A DNA stretch of 64,000 bases from Candidatus Doudnabacteria bacterium (GTDB lineage Bacteria > Patescibacteriota > Doudnabacteria > UBA920 > O2-02-FULL-48-8). The notes under the pieces were generated by a model. The model had not been told where the DNA came from and made no database searches. It saw only the letters and a list, made by a program, of their open reading frames with translations. Below are positions 9,910 to 20,726 of the stretch, in pieces. The first letter of the stretch is position 1. Every line of letters begins with the position of its first letter. The stretch spans positions 5,630 through 69,629 of the forward strand of contig JANWIA010000022.1 in the NCBI GenBank assembly GCA_025450105.1, read 5' to 3'. Made by a program: the position numbers and the translations under genes.

Positions 9910-11085
9910 TTAAATAAATTTGGTTTGCTTTTTGCGCAGTAACCCAAAGAGCATTGTCATGATTCCTGCAAAAGCAAAGACTAAATAAATATTATCTGTA
10001 AAACTTAGCAACGTAATACCCACTAAACAGGTGATGCTGTTGCCGACCGCAATACTGAATTCATAAAAAACGCTATAAGCAATGGCGTGGTTGGCGTTTC
10101 CCGATCCGGCAATTTCGTAAGTTAGGGAAACAACCGGCACGCTGACCGAAGCACGTCCCGTTTTGGTTAAAATGTCAAACCCGAGGATGCCGGCAAGTCC
10201 CTGTGCCAAAAATCGGAAAATCCAGGTCAGGCCGTAGAGTCTCGAAACCACTTTTATGATTTTTAGTTTGTCAGTTTTGTCCGTCAGCCTTCCTATGTAC
10301 AACATTAACACGGAGGAAACAACACTGGCAAATGTTGAGACTGTCCCGACCCAAATGACGTTGGTCACGGTCAAAAAAATGACAATCGGCCAGATGCTCA
10401 TGATCATCAAATCTTCGGCATATCCCCAATACCCCAAGAAATTTTGCTTGTAGCGGTTAAAAATGTCCACGAAATTTTTGAATTCAAACTCATGCTTGGG
10501 ATAAATGTCCGGAGTGGAAAATAAAGGATAGGTCGACGAGACCAACAATGTTCCGGCAAGGATAAATAAGGCTTTGAACCCAAAGGCAGCGGAAATGAAA
10601 CCGCCGAGGAACGGGCCGACAATGGAAAAAATTTCTACCAATGAGAACAGCACGCCAATTTCCCGGCCGCGTTGAACTTTTGCTGAGGCTAATGCGATAT
10701 CTGAATCATAAGGTGGCCAAAAAAATGATTTTTGCAGAGAATACAAAAACGGCGCGACAAAAAATAATTCGGGAAAACGGGCGATGTTAAAAAGAATGGT
10801 CCAGTACGCGACATAGAAAAATGTCGAAATTAAAATCGAATGCTTGTAACCGATACGGGAAGAGATTGGCGCCGCTAAAAAAATAAAAGTTGAGTAGCCG
10901 AAGTAAACCAACAAATAAAATAACAGGATATGAATGACATCAAATCCTGCTTTGTACAAATAAATCGGTTCAAAAATAAAAATCAGCGCCACCGCCAGCG
11001 CATAAATTGAAGAAAACCAGTAAACCTCCTTAACCTCGCGGTTTACGGTTCGGGAAAAATAATGGAGCGTATGATGCAAAATCAT
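9910..11085 (-). CDS. MFS transporter
   Basis: 391 aa, about 12 hydrophobic segments, SSRIGYK and GRLTDK loop motifs. Confidence 0.8.
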   Translation of the reverse strand: MILHHTLHYFSRTVNREVKEVYWFSSIYALAVALIFIFEPIYLYKAGFDVIHILLFYLLVYFGYSTFIFLAAPISSRIGYKHSILISTFFYVAYWTILFNIARFPELFFVAPFLYSLQKSFFWPPYDSDIALASAKVQRGREIGVLFSLVEIFSIVGPFLGGFISAAFGFKALFILAGTLLVSSTYPLFSTPDIYPKHEFEFKNFVDIFNRYKQNFLGYWGYAEDLMIMSIWPIVIFLTVTNVIWVGTVSTFASVVSSVLMLYIGRLTDKTDKLKIIKVVSRLYGLTWIFRFLAQGLAGILGFDILTKTGRASVSVPVVSLTYEIAGSGNANHAIAYSVFYEFSIAVGNSITCLVGITLLSFTDNIYLVFAFAGIMTMLFGLLRKKQTKFI

Positions 11086-11091
11086 TTATTT

Positions 11092-11703
11092 TTATTTTAG
11101 TGCGGTGCGGATAGTTTCAATACTTATTGGACCTTCGCGCAAGACCGCAACCTTATGGTCATTGATTGCAACAATGGTCGATGGTTTGACCTGTTTGAGC
11201 TTACCGCCGTTTAAATAGTAATCGGGCTTGAGTTTACTTTTCTTAAATTGAGCGCGGATGGCCTTTACAGTATAACAGGTTACGCGACCAGAACGGTTCG
11301 CAGATGTCGCGGTGATTGGCCGGCCCAGGGTTTTGACAATATGCTTAACCACTTTGTGGTCAGGCATTCGGAATCCCAGCGTCCCGCTGCCCGACGACAA
11401 CTGTTTCCATGTCCCAGAATTTTTCTTTAGCGGCAATACAATTGTAATCGGCCCAGGGAAAAGTTTTTGGATAATTTTCTTAGCCGGCGCATTCAATTTC
11501 ACCACGCGATTCAGTTCCACAAATGATGGAAAAATTACATGCACTGGTTTGTTAAAATTCCTCCCCTTAACTTCATACAATCTTTTAACGGCAATGGGAT
11601 TGGTCGCATCAACCGCCAATCCATAAGCGGTATCGGTTGGATAAACCACAACCCCGCCATTCCTAATTGTTTCAACAGCTTTTGATATTTGTTCGGATGT
11701 CAT
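11092..11703 (-). CDS. tsaC: threonylcarbamoyl-AMP synthase (Sua5/YrdC)
   Basis: YPTDTAYGL, KGR, PGPITIVL, TSANRSG, PSTIV, LREG. Confidence 0.95.
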   Translation of the reverse strand: MTSEQISKAVETIRNGGVVVYPTDTAYGLAVDATNPIAVKRLYEVKGRNFNKPVHVIFPSFVELNRVVKLNAPAKKIIQKLFPGPITIVLPLKKNSGTWKQLSSGSGTLGFRMPDHKVVKHIVKTLGRPITATSANRSGRVTCYTVKAIRAQFKKSKLKPDYYLNGGKLKQVKPSTIVAINDHKVAVLREGPISIETIRTALK

Positions 11704-14054
11704 TATTCTTTCACAACAAAATTGATTAATCGGTTAGGCACAAAAATTTCTTTCACAATCTGCTTACCTTCCAAATATTTCTTCGTTGATTCATTACTCA
11801 TGACAGCAGCACGAACCTCATCCTGCGATGCATCAAATTTAACCATAATGGTTCCTCTGGTCTTGCCCAAAATCTGAACCACGAATTCAATTTCTGAATC
11901 TTTGACCATAGCCGCGTCAAAAACCGGCCAGGCTTGCTGATGAATCGAATCATTATGACCAAGGTTGTGCCAAAGTTCTTCAGTAATGTGGGGCGCGAAT
12001 GGCGCAAGCAATTTGAGCAAAGTTTCCAAGTCAGATTGATTAATCTTGCTGTTCTCATTCAAAAATTCCATGAATGCCGCAATAGATGTATTAAATTTGA
12101 ACGACTCAATATCGCTGCTAATTTTTTTAACGAGCTTATGAATATTTTTTCCACTTTGGACTTGAGGGTCGATTTGCAAAGCACTTAATCGATCCAAGAA
12201 TCTTCGAACCCCAACAACCCCTTGATCATTCCAAGACACAGTTGCATCATGTGGGCCTAAAAACATTTCGAACATTCTCAAAGTGTCGGCGCCGTGACTG
12301 GCAACAATATCGTCCGGATTGACCACGTTGCCGAGGCTCTTGCTCATTTTTTCGCCGTCTGGACCTAATATAATTCCATGAGGCACGCGCTTTAAATATG
12401 GTTCCGAAACCGTAACGTGGCCTTGGTCGAACAAAAATTGGTTCCAAAATCTAGAATAAAGTAAATGCAAAGTGGTATGTTCCATGCCGCCAAAATAAAC
12501 GTCAACTGGCTGCCAACGCTGCAATTTTTGTTTGGCCGCGAATTCTTTTACATTCTGAGGATCGGCATATCGCAAAAAATACCAGGAACTTCCTGCCCAT
12601 TGCGGCATGGTATTGGTTTCGCGTTTGGCCGGGCCTTGGCACTTTGGGCAAGTTGTATTGACCCACGATTCAATTGCCGCCAGGGGCGATTCGCCGGTGC
12701 CGGTTGGCTCGTATTTTTCGACTTCCGGTAAAACTACAGGCAATTGGTCTTCTGGAATTGGGACAATACCGCAATTTGGGCAGTGCACTAAAGGAATTGG
12801 TTCGCCCCAATAACGTTGACGGGAAAAAACCCAGTCGCGCAATTTGTATTGAACCTTGGGTAATCCAAAATCCGCGGTAATGTGCTGGCGCGCTTCATCT
12901 GTTGGCATGTAACTGTATTCACCGGAATTGACCAGTTTGCCTTCACCGGTAAACGGTTCTTCATCCGATTCTTTTTCCGGAGCTACGACTTTTTTGATAG
13001 GCAATTTATATTTTTTGGCAAAAGCAAAATCCCGATCATCGTGCGCCGGAACGGCCATGACCGCACCGGTGCCGTAGTTGGCCAAAACGTAATCAGCAAT
13101 CCAAACTGGGATTTTTTCTTCAGTTGCCGGATTGATTGCGAACGCACCAGTAAAGACTCCAGTTTTTTCTTTATCAACCGAAGTTCGTTCTTTTTCGGAT
13201 TTTGAACCAGCCCATGTCACATATTTTTCAACTTCTGCTTTTTGGTCCGCAGTAGTAATTTCTTTAACTAAAGGATGTTCCGGCGCCAAAACCATGTAAG
13301 TTGCGCCAAATAAAGTGTCCGGGCGGGTGGTAAAAACCTCAATTGATTTTCCACCAACAGGAAATTTGAGCAACGCCCCGTCGGATCGGCCAATCCAATT
13401 CTTTTGCTGCAACTTAACTGCTTCCGGCCAATCTAAACTTTCCAAACCGTCAATTAATTTTTGCGCATAAGCGGTAATGCGCAAATACCATTGGCGCATC
13501 TCGCGTTTTTCAACTTCAGTGCCGCAGCGTTCACACTTACCATCAACGACCTCTTCGTTGGCCAGCCCAGTTTTGTCTTTTGGGCACCAGTTAATCAAGC
13601 CTGTGGCTTCAAACGCCAAACCGACTTTATAGAATTGTAAAAAAATCCACTGCGTCCATTTATAATATTCCGGATCAGTTGTGTTTATTTCGCGCGACCA
13701 ATCAAAACTCATACCCCAACTTTGCAATTGGCGTTTAGAATTGGCAACGTTTTCCATTGTTGAAACTTTTGGCTGGACTCCGGTCTTGATGGCAAAATTT
13801 TCCGCCGGCAAACCAAAGGCATCCCACCCAATAGGATACAAAACTTCATGGCCGCGCATGCGCCAATACCTACTATATGTATCGCCCGCCGTATACGGTC
13901 GCAAGTGGCCCATATGCAAACCTGTTCCTGATGGATAAGGGAATTCAATCAAGACATATTTTTTTGGCTTATCAGAGCCATCGTCGGCCTTATAAATTGA
14001 CTTCTGCTGCCAAAATTCCTGCCATTTTTTTTCAATTTGCTTGTGGTCAAACAT
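11703..14054 (-). CDS. leuS: leucine--tRNA ligase
   Basis: FPYPSGTGLHMGH, GWDAFGLPAEN, editing domain TTRPDT/GTGAVMAVPAHD, KMSKS. Confidence 0.98.
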   Translation of the reverse strand: MFDHKQIEKKWQEFWQQKSIYKADDGSDKPKKYVLIEFPYPSGTGLHMGHLRPYTAGDTYSRYWRMRGHEVLYPIGWDAFGLPAENFAIKTGVQPKVSTMENVANSKRQLQSWGMSFDWSREINTTDPEYYKWTQWIFLQFYKVGLAFEATGLINWCPKDKTGLANEEVVDGKCERCGTEVEKREMRQWYLRITAYAQKLIDGLESLDWPEAVKLQQKNWIGRSDGALLKFPVGGKSIEVFTTRPDTLFGATYMVLAPEHPLVKEITTADQKAEVEKYVTWAGSKSEKERTSVDKEKTGVFTGAFAINPATEEKIPVWIADYVLANYGTGAVMAVPAHDDRDFAFAKKYKLPIKKVVAPEKESDEEPFTGEGKLVNSGEYSYMPTDEARQHITADFGLPKVQYKLRDWVFSRQRYWGEPIPLVHCPNCGIVPIPEDQLPVVLPEVEKYEPTGTGESPLAAIESWVNTTCPKCQGPAKRETNTMPQWAGSSWYFLRYADPQNVKEFAAKQKLQRWQPVDVYFGGMEHTTLHLLYSRFWNQFLFDQGHVTVSEPYLKRVPHGIILGPDGEKMSKSLGNVVNPDDIVASHGADTLRMFEMFLGPHDATVSWNDQGVVGVRRFLDRLSALQIDPQVQSGKNIHKLVKKISSDIESFKFNTSIAAFMEFLNENSKINQSDLETLLKLLAPFAPHITEELWHNLGHNDSIHQQAWPVFDAAMVKDSEIEFVVQILGKTRGTIMVKFDASQDEVRAAVMSNESTKKYLEGKQIVKEIFVPNRLINFVVKE

Positions 14055-14110
14055 TGTAATTTTTGGGGTTAAATGCTATATTGAGGCCCTACGAATCGCG
14101 AGGAGGAAAC

Positions 14111-14554
14111 ATGAACGATCCGATCAGCGGAAATCTCATTCTGGTCGCTGAAAACCTGCTCACTGAATACCGCAGGAAGTTGAATTATTTCTTGCATCAC
14201 CATCCAGAGGTCAGTGGGAAATGCTACGAAGCTGCTCCAAACCGTCGTTTAGCTGTAAGGGTCGAGACGTCTGATCTGCCACTCATCCGGGCTGAGCAAA
14301 AAACATCTAACGAGTTCGAGGCGGTCTACATTGCGCTCCTCGAGGTTGCAAAGACTGACAGGGAGTGCAATGCCGCCATGCACGCTTGGCACAAAATCCC
14401 GCCTGGAGAGTATCGCAAAGCGAACCTGATCATCACCATCGTCGATCCCAATCGACCAGTCACGTCCCAGGGGCTTTCTCCTACGGACATGCGCTTCCTG
14501 AAGTCTCTACGCATCAGCGGTGACGGACTCACTGAACCGACAAATCCCACCTAG
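14111..14554 (+). CDS. hypothetical protein (orphan cassette, antisense to flanking core genes)
   Basis: TGCTATATT extended -10, AGGAGG SD; terminator hairpin overlaps the stop (about 14534-14569). Confidence 0.7.
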   Translation: MNDPISGNLILVAENLLTEYRRKLNYFLHHHPEVSGKCYEAAPNRRLAVRVETSDLPLIRAEQKTSNEFEAVYIALLEVAKTDRECNAAMHAWHKIPPGEYRKANLIITIVDPNRPVTSQGLSPTDMRFLKSLRISGDGLTEPTNPT

Positions 14555-14573
14555 GGGTTTGTCGGTTTCCCAC

Positions 14574-15392
14574 TCAAACTTTAATATTGAATAAAGAACA
14601 AGCGTTTCTAAAAGTTAATTCGGCTATTTCTTCGGAACTAGCTTTTTTTATTTCCGCAATCTTGTCCACCACGTACCTTACATACATTGGTTCGTTGCGC
14701 TTGCCGCGAAACGGTGGTGGCGTTAAATACGGCGCATCAGTTTCCACTAACATTCTATCAGATGGCATCTTTTCTATCACTTCTGCCAACTTCCCTGTTT
14801 TATCAAAGGTCAAAATGCCGTTGAACGCCACATAAAAACCAATATCTAAAAACTTTTTCGCCGTCTCCCAATTATCTGTAAAGGAATGAATGACGCCTGG
14901 CCCATCAGAATATTCGGACTTCAAAATTTTGAGCACGTCTTCGTAAGCATCACGGCAATGAATAATTATCGGGCGTTTGTATTTTTTGGCAAAACGCAAT
15001 TGCGCAAAAAACGCTTGCTGTTGTTTTTCGATTGCCGAATCCTTGTTGCTTTCCGGTAGACGAAAATAATCCAAACCACTCTCGCCAATCGCCACAACTT
15101 TGTCATTCAATAGTTCGGCATATTTTATTTCATCAAAGCTTTCTTCGCGGGATTTAAAATGGCTTTCCTCTTCGTCCACCATTTGCTGGTAAGTGTGGAT
15201 GGGGTGCAAACCAATTGCCGCAAAAACTCCTTGCGGATATTTTAAAGCGATACTTGCCGATTCCTTACTAGTGTCGTACTGTGTCCCAACATTAACCATC
15301 CAGGTTTGGTTTTCCAAAGCCCGTTTGGTTACCGGATCGGCATCATCTTTAAATGCCGTAAAATTGACGTGGGTATGGGTATCAAAAAACAT
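14574..15392 (-). CDS. tatD: TatD family DNase
   Basis: DTHTH, GLHP, IGESGLDY, IHCRDA, ETDAPYL, RNEP. Confidence 0.95.
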   Translation of the reverse strand: MFFDTHTHVNFTAFKDDADPVTKRALENQTWMVNVGTQYDTSKESASIALKYPQGVFAAIGLHPIHTYQQMVDEEESHFKSREESFDEIKYAELLNDKVVAIGESGLDYFRLPESNKDSAIEKQQQAFFAQLRFAKKYKRPIIIHCRDAYEDVLKILKSEYSDGPGVIHSFTDNWETAKKFLDIGFYVAFNGILTFDKTGKLAEVIEKMPSDRMLVETDAPYLTPPPFRGKRNEPMYVRYVVDKIAEIKKASSEEIAELTFRNACSLFNIKV

Positions 15393-15393
15393 G

Positions 15394-16827
15394 CTAATCG
15401 ATTTTTGGGAACAGTGGTTCAGCTTTTATAATATTTTCGTTTTCAAAAGTTTTTCGGATCTTGTCTGCAGTATCGGGCAGGACCGGTGACAATTTTTGCG
15501 CGATATCATAAAGCAAAGCCGCTAAATTGTTCAGCAACTCCTTAACCTTATCTGGATCGGTTTTGACCAAATCCCAAGGTTTGGCCTTATCAATCAATTG
15601 GTTGGCCCAGGCAATTGCTTCCCAAATTTCGGTTAGGCCCGTGGAAAAATCCAAGTTTCGGAACGCTTCCAGCGCGTCGGACAAATCTTTTGGTGAACTA
15701 ATGTATTCCGCATCTCCATCCAAAAATTTCTCAATCATGTTAGTTGTCCGGGAAAATAAATTTCCCAATCCATTTGCGAGATCACCGTTGTAGCGAGCTT
15801 TAAGTTTTTCTTCACTGACGTCGCCATCCTGACCAAACGGCACTTCACGCAGCAAAAAGTACCGGACAGCATCCGGAGTGTATTTACTGGCCCATTCTAA
15901 TGGATCAATGGCATTACCCAAAGACTTACTGATTTTCTGTCCACCAGATGTAAAAAATCCATGGGCAAAAACGGTTTGCGGCAATTTTTCGCCAATCGCC
16001 AACAGCACCGCTGGCCAAATGACACAGTGAAATTTAATAATGTCCTTGCCGATCACATGAATATCCGCCGGCCAAAAACGTTCATACTTTTCCTGATCTG
16101 CACCGTAACCAACAGCAGAGCAATAATTAAACAATTCATCCAACCAAACGTAAATGGTTTGTGATTCGTCCCAAGGCAAAGGTAGGGCAAACTTTGCCGT
16201 GCGGCGGGAAACAGCAATATCTTCCAAACCTTGTTTAATGAACGATAAAATTTCGTTGCGGCGGGACTGCGGCAAAATGTGTAATTCCCCGCTCTCAATT
16301 TTTTCTGTTAAAATTTTTCCGTATTCCGACAATTTGAAAAACCAATTTTTTTCTTTAATCCATTCCGGTTTGCGGTTATGCAACGGACACAAACCGTTAA
16401 CTAAGTCTTCTTCCTTCTTAAAAGATTCGCAACCAATACAATACCAGCCTTCATAATCGGCTTCGTATAATTTTCCGGAAGCTTTTAGTTTTTCAAAAAA
16501 TAATTTTACGGCATCGGTGTGACGTTTTTCTGTGGTCCGGATAAAATCATCCGGCGCGATATTTAAAGTATCCCAGGCCAAAGAAAACTTGGCGGAATTT
16601 TCATCCACAAAATCTTCAACTTTTTTGCCGGCCTTTTCCGCACTCTCGGCAATCTTGCTGCCGTGCTCGGCCGTGCCGGTCAAAAACAAAACGTCTTTGC
16701 CCAACTGCCTGTGCAAACGCGCCAAAACATCCGCGGCAATAGTTGTGTAGGCCGAACCAATGTGCGGCTTGTCATTGACGTAGTAAATCGGTGTCGTGAT
16801 ATAAAATTTTGTTCGTTCTTCGGTCAT
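15394..16827 (-). CDS. metG: methionine--tRNA ligase
   Basis: YITTPIYYVNDKPHIGS, IYVWLD, GKDIIKFH, KISKS. Confidence 0.97.
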   Translation of the reverse strand: MTEERTKFYITTPIYYVNDKPHIGSAYTTIAADVLARLHRQLGKDVLFLTGTAEHGSKIAESAEKAGKKVEDFVDENSAKFSLAWDTLNIAPDDFIRTTEKRHTDAVKLFFEKLKASGKLYEADYEGWYCIGCESFKKEEDLVNGLCPLHNRKPEWIKEKNWFFKLSEYGKILTEKIESGELHILPQSRRNEILSFIKQGLEDIAVSRRTAKFALPLPWDESQTIYVWLDELFNYCSAVGYGADQEKYERFWPADIHVIGKDIIKFHCVIWPAVLLAIGEKLPQTVFAHGFFTSGGQKISKSLGNAIDPLEWASKYTPDAVRYFLLREVPFGQDGDVSEEKLKARYNGDLANGLGNLFSRTTNMIEKFLDGDAEYISSPKDLSDALEAFRNLDFSTGLTEIWEAIAWANQLIDKAKPWDLVKTDPDKVKELLNNLAALLYDIAQKLSPVLPDTADKIRKTFENENIIKAEPLFPKID

Positions 16828-16959
16828 TTTTGTGTGGAAAAATAAAGAAAACGGCTCAATGGCCGACTCAATTATACCATATTCCTTAAGGTTTTTGTAA
16901 TTTTGCTTGCAATAGTTTTTTTATATATACTCTAGGTAGCAATAACATCAAGGAGGCAC

Positions 16960-17334
16960 TTGATGCCACGCGTTCGAGATACCAGGAAACCTGCTGAACC
17001 CGAGCCGTATATCGATCCGTACACTACTCCGTCCAGACAACGAAGGGGTGAGGTACACATCGGTCAGACGGTCATCGAGATTGGCCACTTTGATCCATCG
17101 CAAGTTATCCCGCTCCTTGATGAAGAAGAGTGTCCGCACCTGAAGGATCTGCGCGCCGACAAAGAACTCGAGGTTGAGTACAGGCCCTCCCGGATCCGCC
17201 TCATCTTCAGCAGAAGCTGCAAGGCCCACAAGCCTGAAGAGGTCTACCACTACCTTCGCGATAACCTGTTCCCCAACTGGAAGGAACAGGACGACGCTGA
17301 ATTTCTCCTCATGCTCGAAGACGTCGCGGCCTAA
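16960..17334 (+). CDS. hypothetical protein (orphan cassette)
   Basis: TATACT -10, AGGAGG SD; terminator CCCGCTCT...AGAGCGGG downstream. Confidence 0.7.
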   Translation: MMPRVRDTRKPAEPEPYIDPYTTPSRQRRGEVHIGQTVIEIGHFDPSQVIPLLDEEECPHLKDLRADKELEVEYRPSRIRLIFSRSCKAHKPEEVYHYLRDNLFPNWKEQDDAEFLLMLEDVAA

Positions 17335-17396
17335 AGCCGCTGCAACAAAAAGCCCCGCTCTTTCTTACGAGAGAGCGGGGTCTTCATTTTTTATTT

Positions 17397-18410
17397 CTAT
17401 TCGTCGTTGCCCCACATGTCATGGACAAAGACTGACGCCGCGCCAATGAGAGGAATTGCCAAGATAGCACCAACTATGCCGCCCAAGGTGCCGCCAACTA
17501 AAATCCCTAGAATAATTAGCACCGGACTTAGGCCGACACTCTTACTCATGACTACGGGCACAATAATATGATTTTCTAATTGCTGAATGACAACATACAA
17601 AATAATTACGGCCAAGGCCAACGGCGGGTTTTGTAAGAAGGCGAAGAATGCCGCTGGTAAAACCGAAATGAACGGGCCGACATAAGGAATGATTTCCAAT
17701 AATCCCGCGGTCAATGCCAAGGCTAGCGCGAAATCAATTTTCAAAAAGGTCAAACCTAAAAACGTTAAACCAAAAATAATAACCGATAAAATTAACTGCC
17801 CCAAAACCCATGCGCCAATTTTGCGCTGGATTTTTGTCACCAGGCCCATAGCGTAAGCCTGACTCTTGAATGGCACCAACTGTTTAACAAAATTCTTCAT
17901 GCCATTTTCTTCGGCCGTGAGATAAAATGAAATAACCAAAACAGTCAGCGTGGAGATAATGCCGTTGAAAATTCCCTTTGTGGTTTCGAATAATGATCCG
18001 GAAATGCTTCCCGCCCAATTCTTAATATTGGTTTCGATAGATTGGCTAATCCCCAATTGGTTAAGGTTCTCTTTAAAAATACCAAGTTTTGAATTTAACT
18101 TATCCAGAAAGTCGCCTTGCGAAATTTCGTGGAATTGCTGGCCAATTGCCGGCGCCATCAAATAAACGAACAAAACAGCAATACCAATAAATAATAGATA
18201 AACAAGGATAACGCTCAAGCCTCGAGGAACATGTTTCTTGCGCAAGTAATCGGCGACCGGATCCATGGCCGAGGAAATAATAACGGAAATAAGCAACAAC
18301 AAAAGGATTGCGCGGATCTCGAATAAGAACCAAAGTAAAAGCAAAACCGCCACCACTTTGAGAATAGAGATGGTTGAAATAGTTACTGTGTTGTGTCGCT
18401 CTTCTGCCAT
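17397..18410 (-). CDS. AI-2E family transporter
   Basis: IPYVGP, QQLENHIIVPVVM, GAILAIP. Confidence 0.9.
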   Translation of the reverse strand: MAEERHNTVTISTISILKVVAVLLLLWFLFEIRAILLLLLISVIISSAMDPVADYLRKKHVPRGLSVILVYLLFIGIAVLFVYLMAPAIGQQFHEISQGDFLDKLNSKLGIFKENLNQLGISQSIETNIKNWAGSISGSLFETTKGIFNGIISTLTVLVISFYLTAEENGMKNFVKQLVPFKSQAYAMGLVTKIQRKIGAWVLGQLILSVIIFGLTFLGLTFLKIDFALALALTAGLLEIIPYVGPFISVLPAAFFAFLQNPPLALAVIILYVVIQQLENHIIVPVVMSKSVGLSPVLIILGILVGGTLGGIVGAILAIPLIGAASVFVHDMWGNDE

Positions 18411-18458
18411 GGATTTAGTATAGCTTATTCTGTTCGTGTTATAAAGCCTAAATTTCAC

Positions 18459-18513
18459 CCATCCTGACGGATGTCAGGATATAAAACAGATCCTGAAACA
18501 AGTTCAGGATTGG
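18459..18513. repeat. REP-like palindrome doublet
   Basis: CCATCCTGACGGATGTCAGGAT plus AGATCCTGAAACAAGTTCAGGATTGG. Confidence 0.8.
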
Positions 18514-18518
18514 TTAAT

Positions 18519-19364
18519 TTATGACTTTCTGAGTTTATTCAACAACTTTATATTCATCGGGTCCCAAGTTGGGTCATCCTTTGGAGTTTCCAAAATCCAA
18601 TCCATTTTTCCCAAGACCTTATGTTTGAGCATGGCTTTAAATCCTTCAATCCCGATATTTCCTTTGCCAATATGTTCGTGACGGTCCAAATGTTTTCCGA
18701 ATTCCCCTTTGGAATCATTGGCGTGCAAAACAATAAGCCGGTCCGAGCCAATAACTTTTTCAAATTGTTTCATGGTTGCGTCCACTGTTTTTTTGTCGCG
18801 GACATCGTAGCCCGATGCAAATAAATGGCAGGAGTCTAAACAAATACCAACATTGAAATTTTTTAGGCGTTTGTCATCGATAATTGCCGATAGTTCTTCA
18901 AAAGTGTCCCCGACCACACGGCCAGCGCCAGCGGAAATTTCCAAAAGTAATTGAGTCGTTCCCTTGTAGCCTTCCATGACCTTGGCGATGGCTTTGACTT
19001 CCCGTTCGATTCCTTCTTCATCTGTTAACTCACCAAAACTTCCCAAGTGCGTCATTAAAGCTTTGCAGCCAATTTTTGTGCCGCGTTCCAATTCTTCGCG
19101 GATTACCGAAATGGATCCGTAATAAATATTTCCTTTTACGGAGGCAAAATTAATAAAATATGGCGCGTGAATATAAAATGTATCCAATTCGTGCTTGTCC
19201 ATTTCCGCTTTGAATTGCTTTACCACATCCGGTGTAATTGGTTTGACCGGTCCGCCGTGCGGTGAGCGCGAAAAAATCTGGAAGCATTCTGCCCCAACTT
19301 TCGCCGCATTTCCCGGCGCATTCCATAACCCACCCGCAATTGACACATGTGTACCTATTCTCAT
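18519..19364 (-). CDS. nfo: endonuclease IV
   Basis: IGTHVSIAGG, IHAPYFIN, CLDSCHLFASGYD, HANDSK, DRHEHIG, ILETP. Confidence 0.95.
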   Translation of the reverse strand: MRIGTHVSIAGGLWNAPGNAAKVGAECFQIFSRSPHGGPVKPITPDVVKQFKAEMDKHELDTFYIHAPYFINFASVKGNIYYGSISVIREELERGTKIGCKALMTHLGSFGELTDEEGIEREVKAIAKVMEGYKGTTQLLLEISAGAGRVVGDTFEELSAIIDDKRLKNFNVGICLDSCHLFASGYDVRDKKTVDATMKQFEKVIGSDRLIVLHANDSKGEFGKHLDRHEHIGKGNIGIEGFKAMLKHKVLGKMDWILETPKDDPTWDPMNIKLLNKLRKS

Positions 19365-19368
19365 ATAG

Positions 19369-20643
19369 TTAATTAATCTTCTTTTCAAAAATACTTTTAT
19401 CTTCGAACGGACCAATTATAGCGACGTTCATACATTCAAATTTAATCACTTCCTTGGCTACTTGCTTTACTTGTTCCAGCGACACAGCATCCAGTTCCTC
19501 AAAAGTTTGTTTAATGGTTCGGATTCTTCCCAAAAAAGCTTCCTGACCCAAATACCATTCCAGTTTATCATGTGGATCTTCCAAACCAAGCGCAATCTTA
19601 CCCTTAATATACTCCTTGGCCTTTTGCAATTCCTGCGGCTTAATTCCATTGTCGCGGATTTTTTTAAGTTCGTCCAATATTGCTTCCAAAGCATTTGGAG
19701 CACTCCCCACTTTCAATCCAGCCTGAATCGAAAAACTCCCACTATCCAAGTAATTATTTACAGAAGAAGAAATGTAATAGGCCAAACCTAATCGTTCGCG
19801 GACGCGGATAAACAAGCGCGAACTCATGCCGCCGCCCAAAATTGAGGCCAAGATTCGCAACGCACTATTATTCTTGTGCTTGTATGCAAAAGCCTTAAAC
19901 CCAACAACCATATGCGCCTGCTCGGTCTGCTTTTTTTGTAAACTGACCCCGAACTTCAATCCTTTGGTGCTCGACGGTTTATATTCCGGTGTGGTGGTCG
20001 ATTTCAAATCCGCCCATTTTTCTTCAATCATTTTTTCCACCATTGGCTGGTTAAAATTCCCGGCCACGGCAATAATCATATTACTTGGCTGATAAAACTT
20101 TCTGCGGTAAGCCAAAACTTCTTCGTGGGAAACTTTTTTGATAACTTCGGCTGTACCGGCAATGTCGCGGCCAAGCGGCTGGTCCGGCCACATTGTGCTT
20201 TCAAAAATTGAATCCACATGAATCTGCGGATTGTCGCGGTACATATTTATTTCTTCAATGATCACGCCTTTTTCCCGTTCTAATTCTTTTTTCTCGATTA
20301 TTGGCCGCTGCAACATTTCTGTTAGGACATCAAAAATCAACGGGAAATGTTCGTAGGCTGCGCGGATATAATATTGTGTGTGCTCCTTGCCGGTGTTGGC
20401 ATTGAATTCGGCGCCTATAGCATCTACAGTTTCAGATAATTTTTTTGCAGTCGGATATTTTTTCGTCCCCTTAAAGTGCAAGTGTTCCAAAAAATGTGAA
20501 ATGCCGTTTTGCTCAACCGCTTCGTAGCGCGACCCGACTTTAACAAAAATCGTCATCGTTACCGATGCCGCTGATTGAATCGGGACCAATAAAATTGTTA
20601 GTCCATTTTTGAGAACTTTTTTAGTATAAAGAGGTTGATTCAT
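19369..20643 (-). CDS. M16 family zinc peptidase
   Basis: GISHFLEHLHFKG (HxxEH), LGGGMSSRLF..VRE. Confidence 0.93.
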   Translation of the reverse strand: MNQPLYTKKVLKNGLTILLVPIQSAASVTMTIFVKVGSRYEAVEQNGISHFLEHLHFKGTKKYPTAKKLSETVDAIGAEFNANTGKEHTQYYIRAAYEHFPLIFDVLTEMLQRPIIEKKELEREKGVIIEEINMYRDNPQIHVDSIFESTMWPDQPLGRDIAGTAEVIKKVSHEEVLAYRRKFYQPSNMIIAVAGNFNQPMVEKMIEEKWADLKSTTTPEYKPSSTKGLKFGVSLQKKQTEQAHMVVGFKAFAYKHKNNSALRILASILGGGMSSRLFIRVRERLGLAYYISSSVNNYLDSGSFSIQAGLKVGSAPNALEAILDELKKIRDNGIKPQELQKAKEYIKGKIALGLEDPHDKLEWYLGQEAFLGRIRTIKQTFEELDAVSLEQVKQVAKEVIKFECMNVAIIGPFEDKSIFEKKIN

Positions 20644-20672
20644 GTAGTTTACAAAATCTGATTATTGTCAAC

Positions 20673-20708
20673 TTACTCCAATTTGAACATATGCTCAAAT
20701 TGGAGTAA
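20673..20708. repeat. 14-bp perfect inverted repeat
   Basis: TTACTCCAATTTGA-N8-TCAAATTGGAGTAA. Confidence 0.7.
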
Positions 20709-20726
20709 CAAAGTATCTAACAATTA

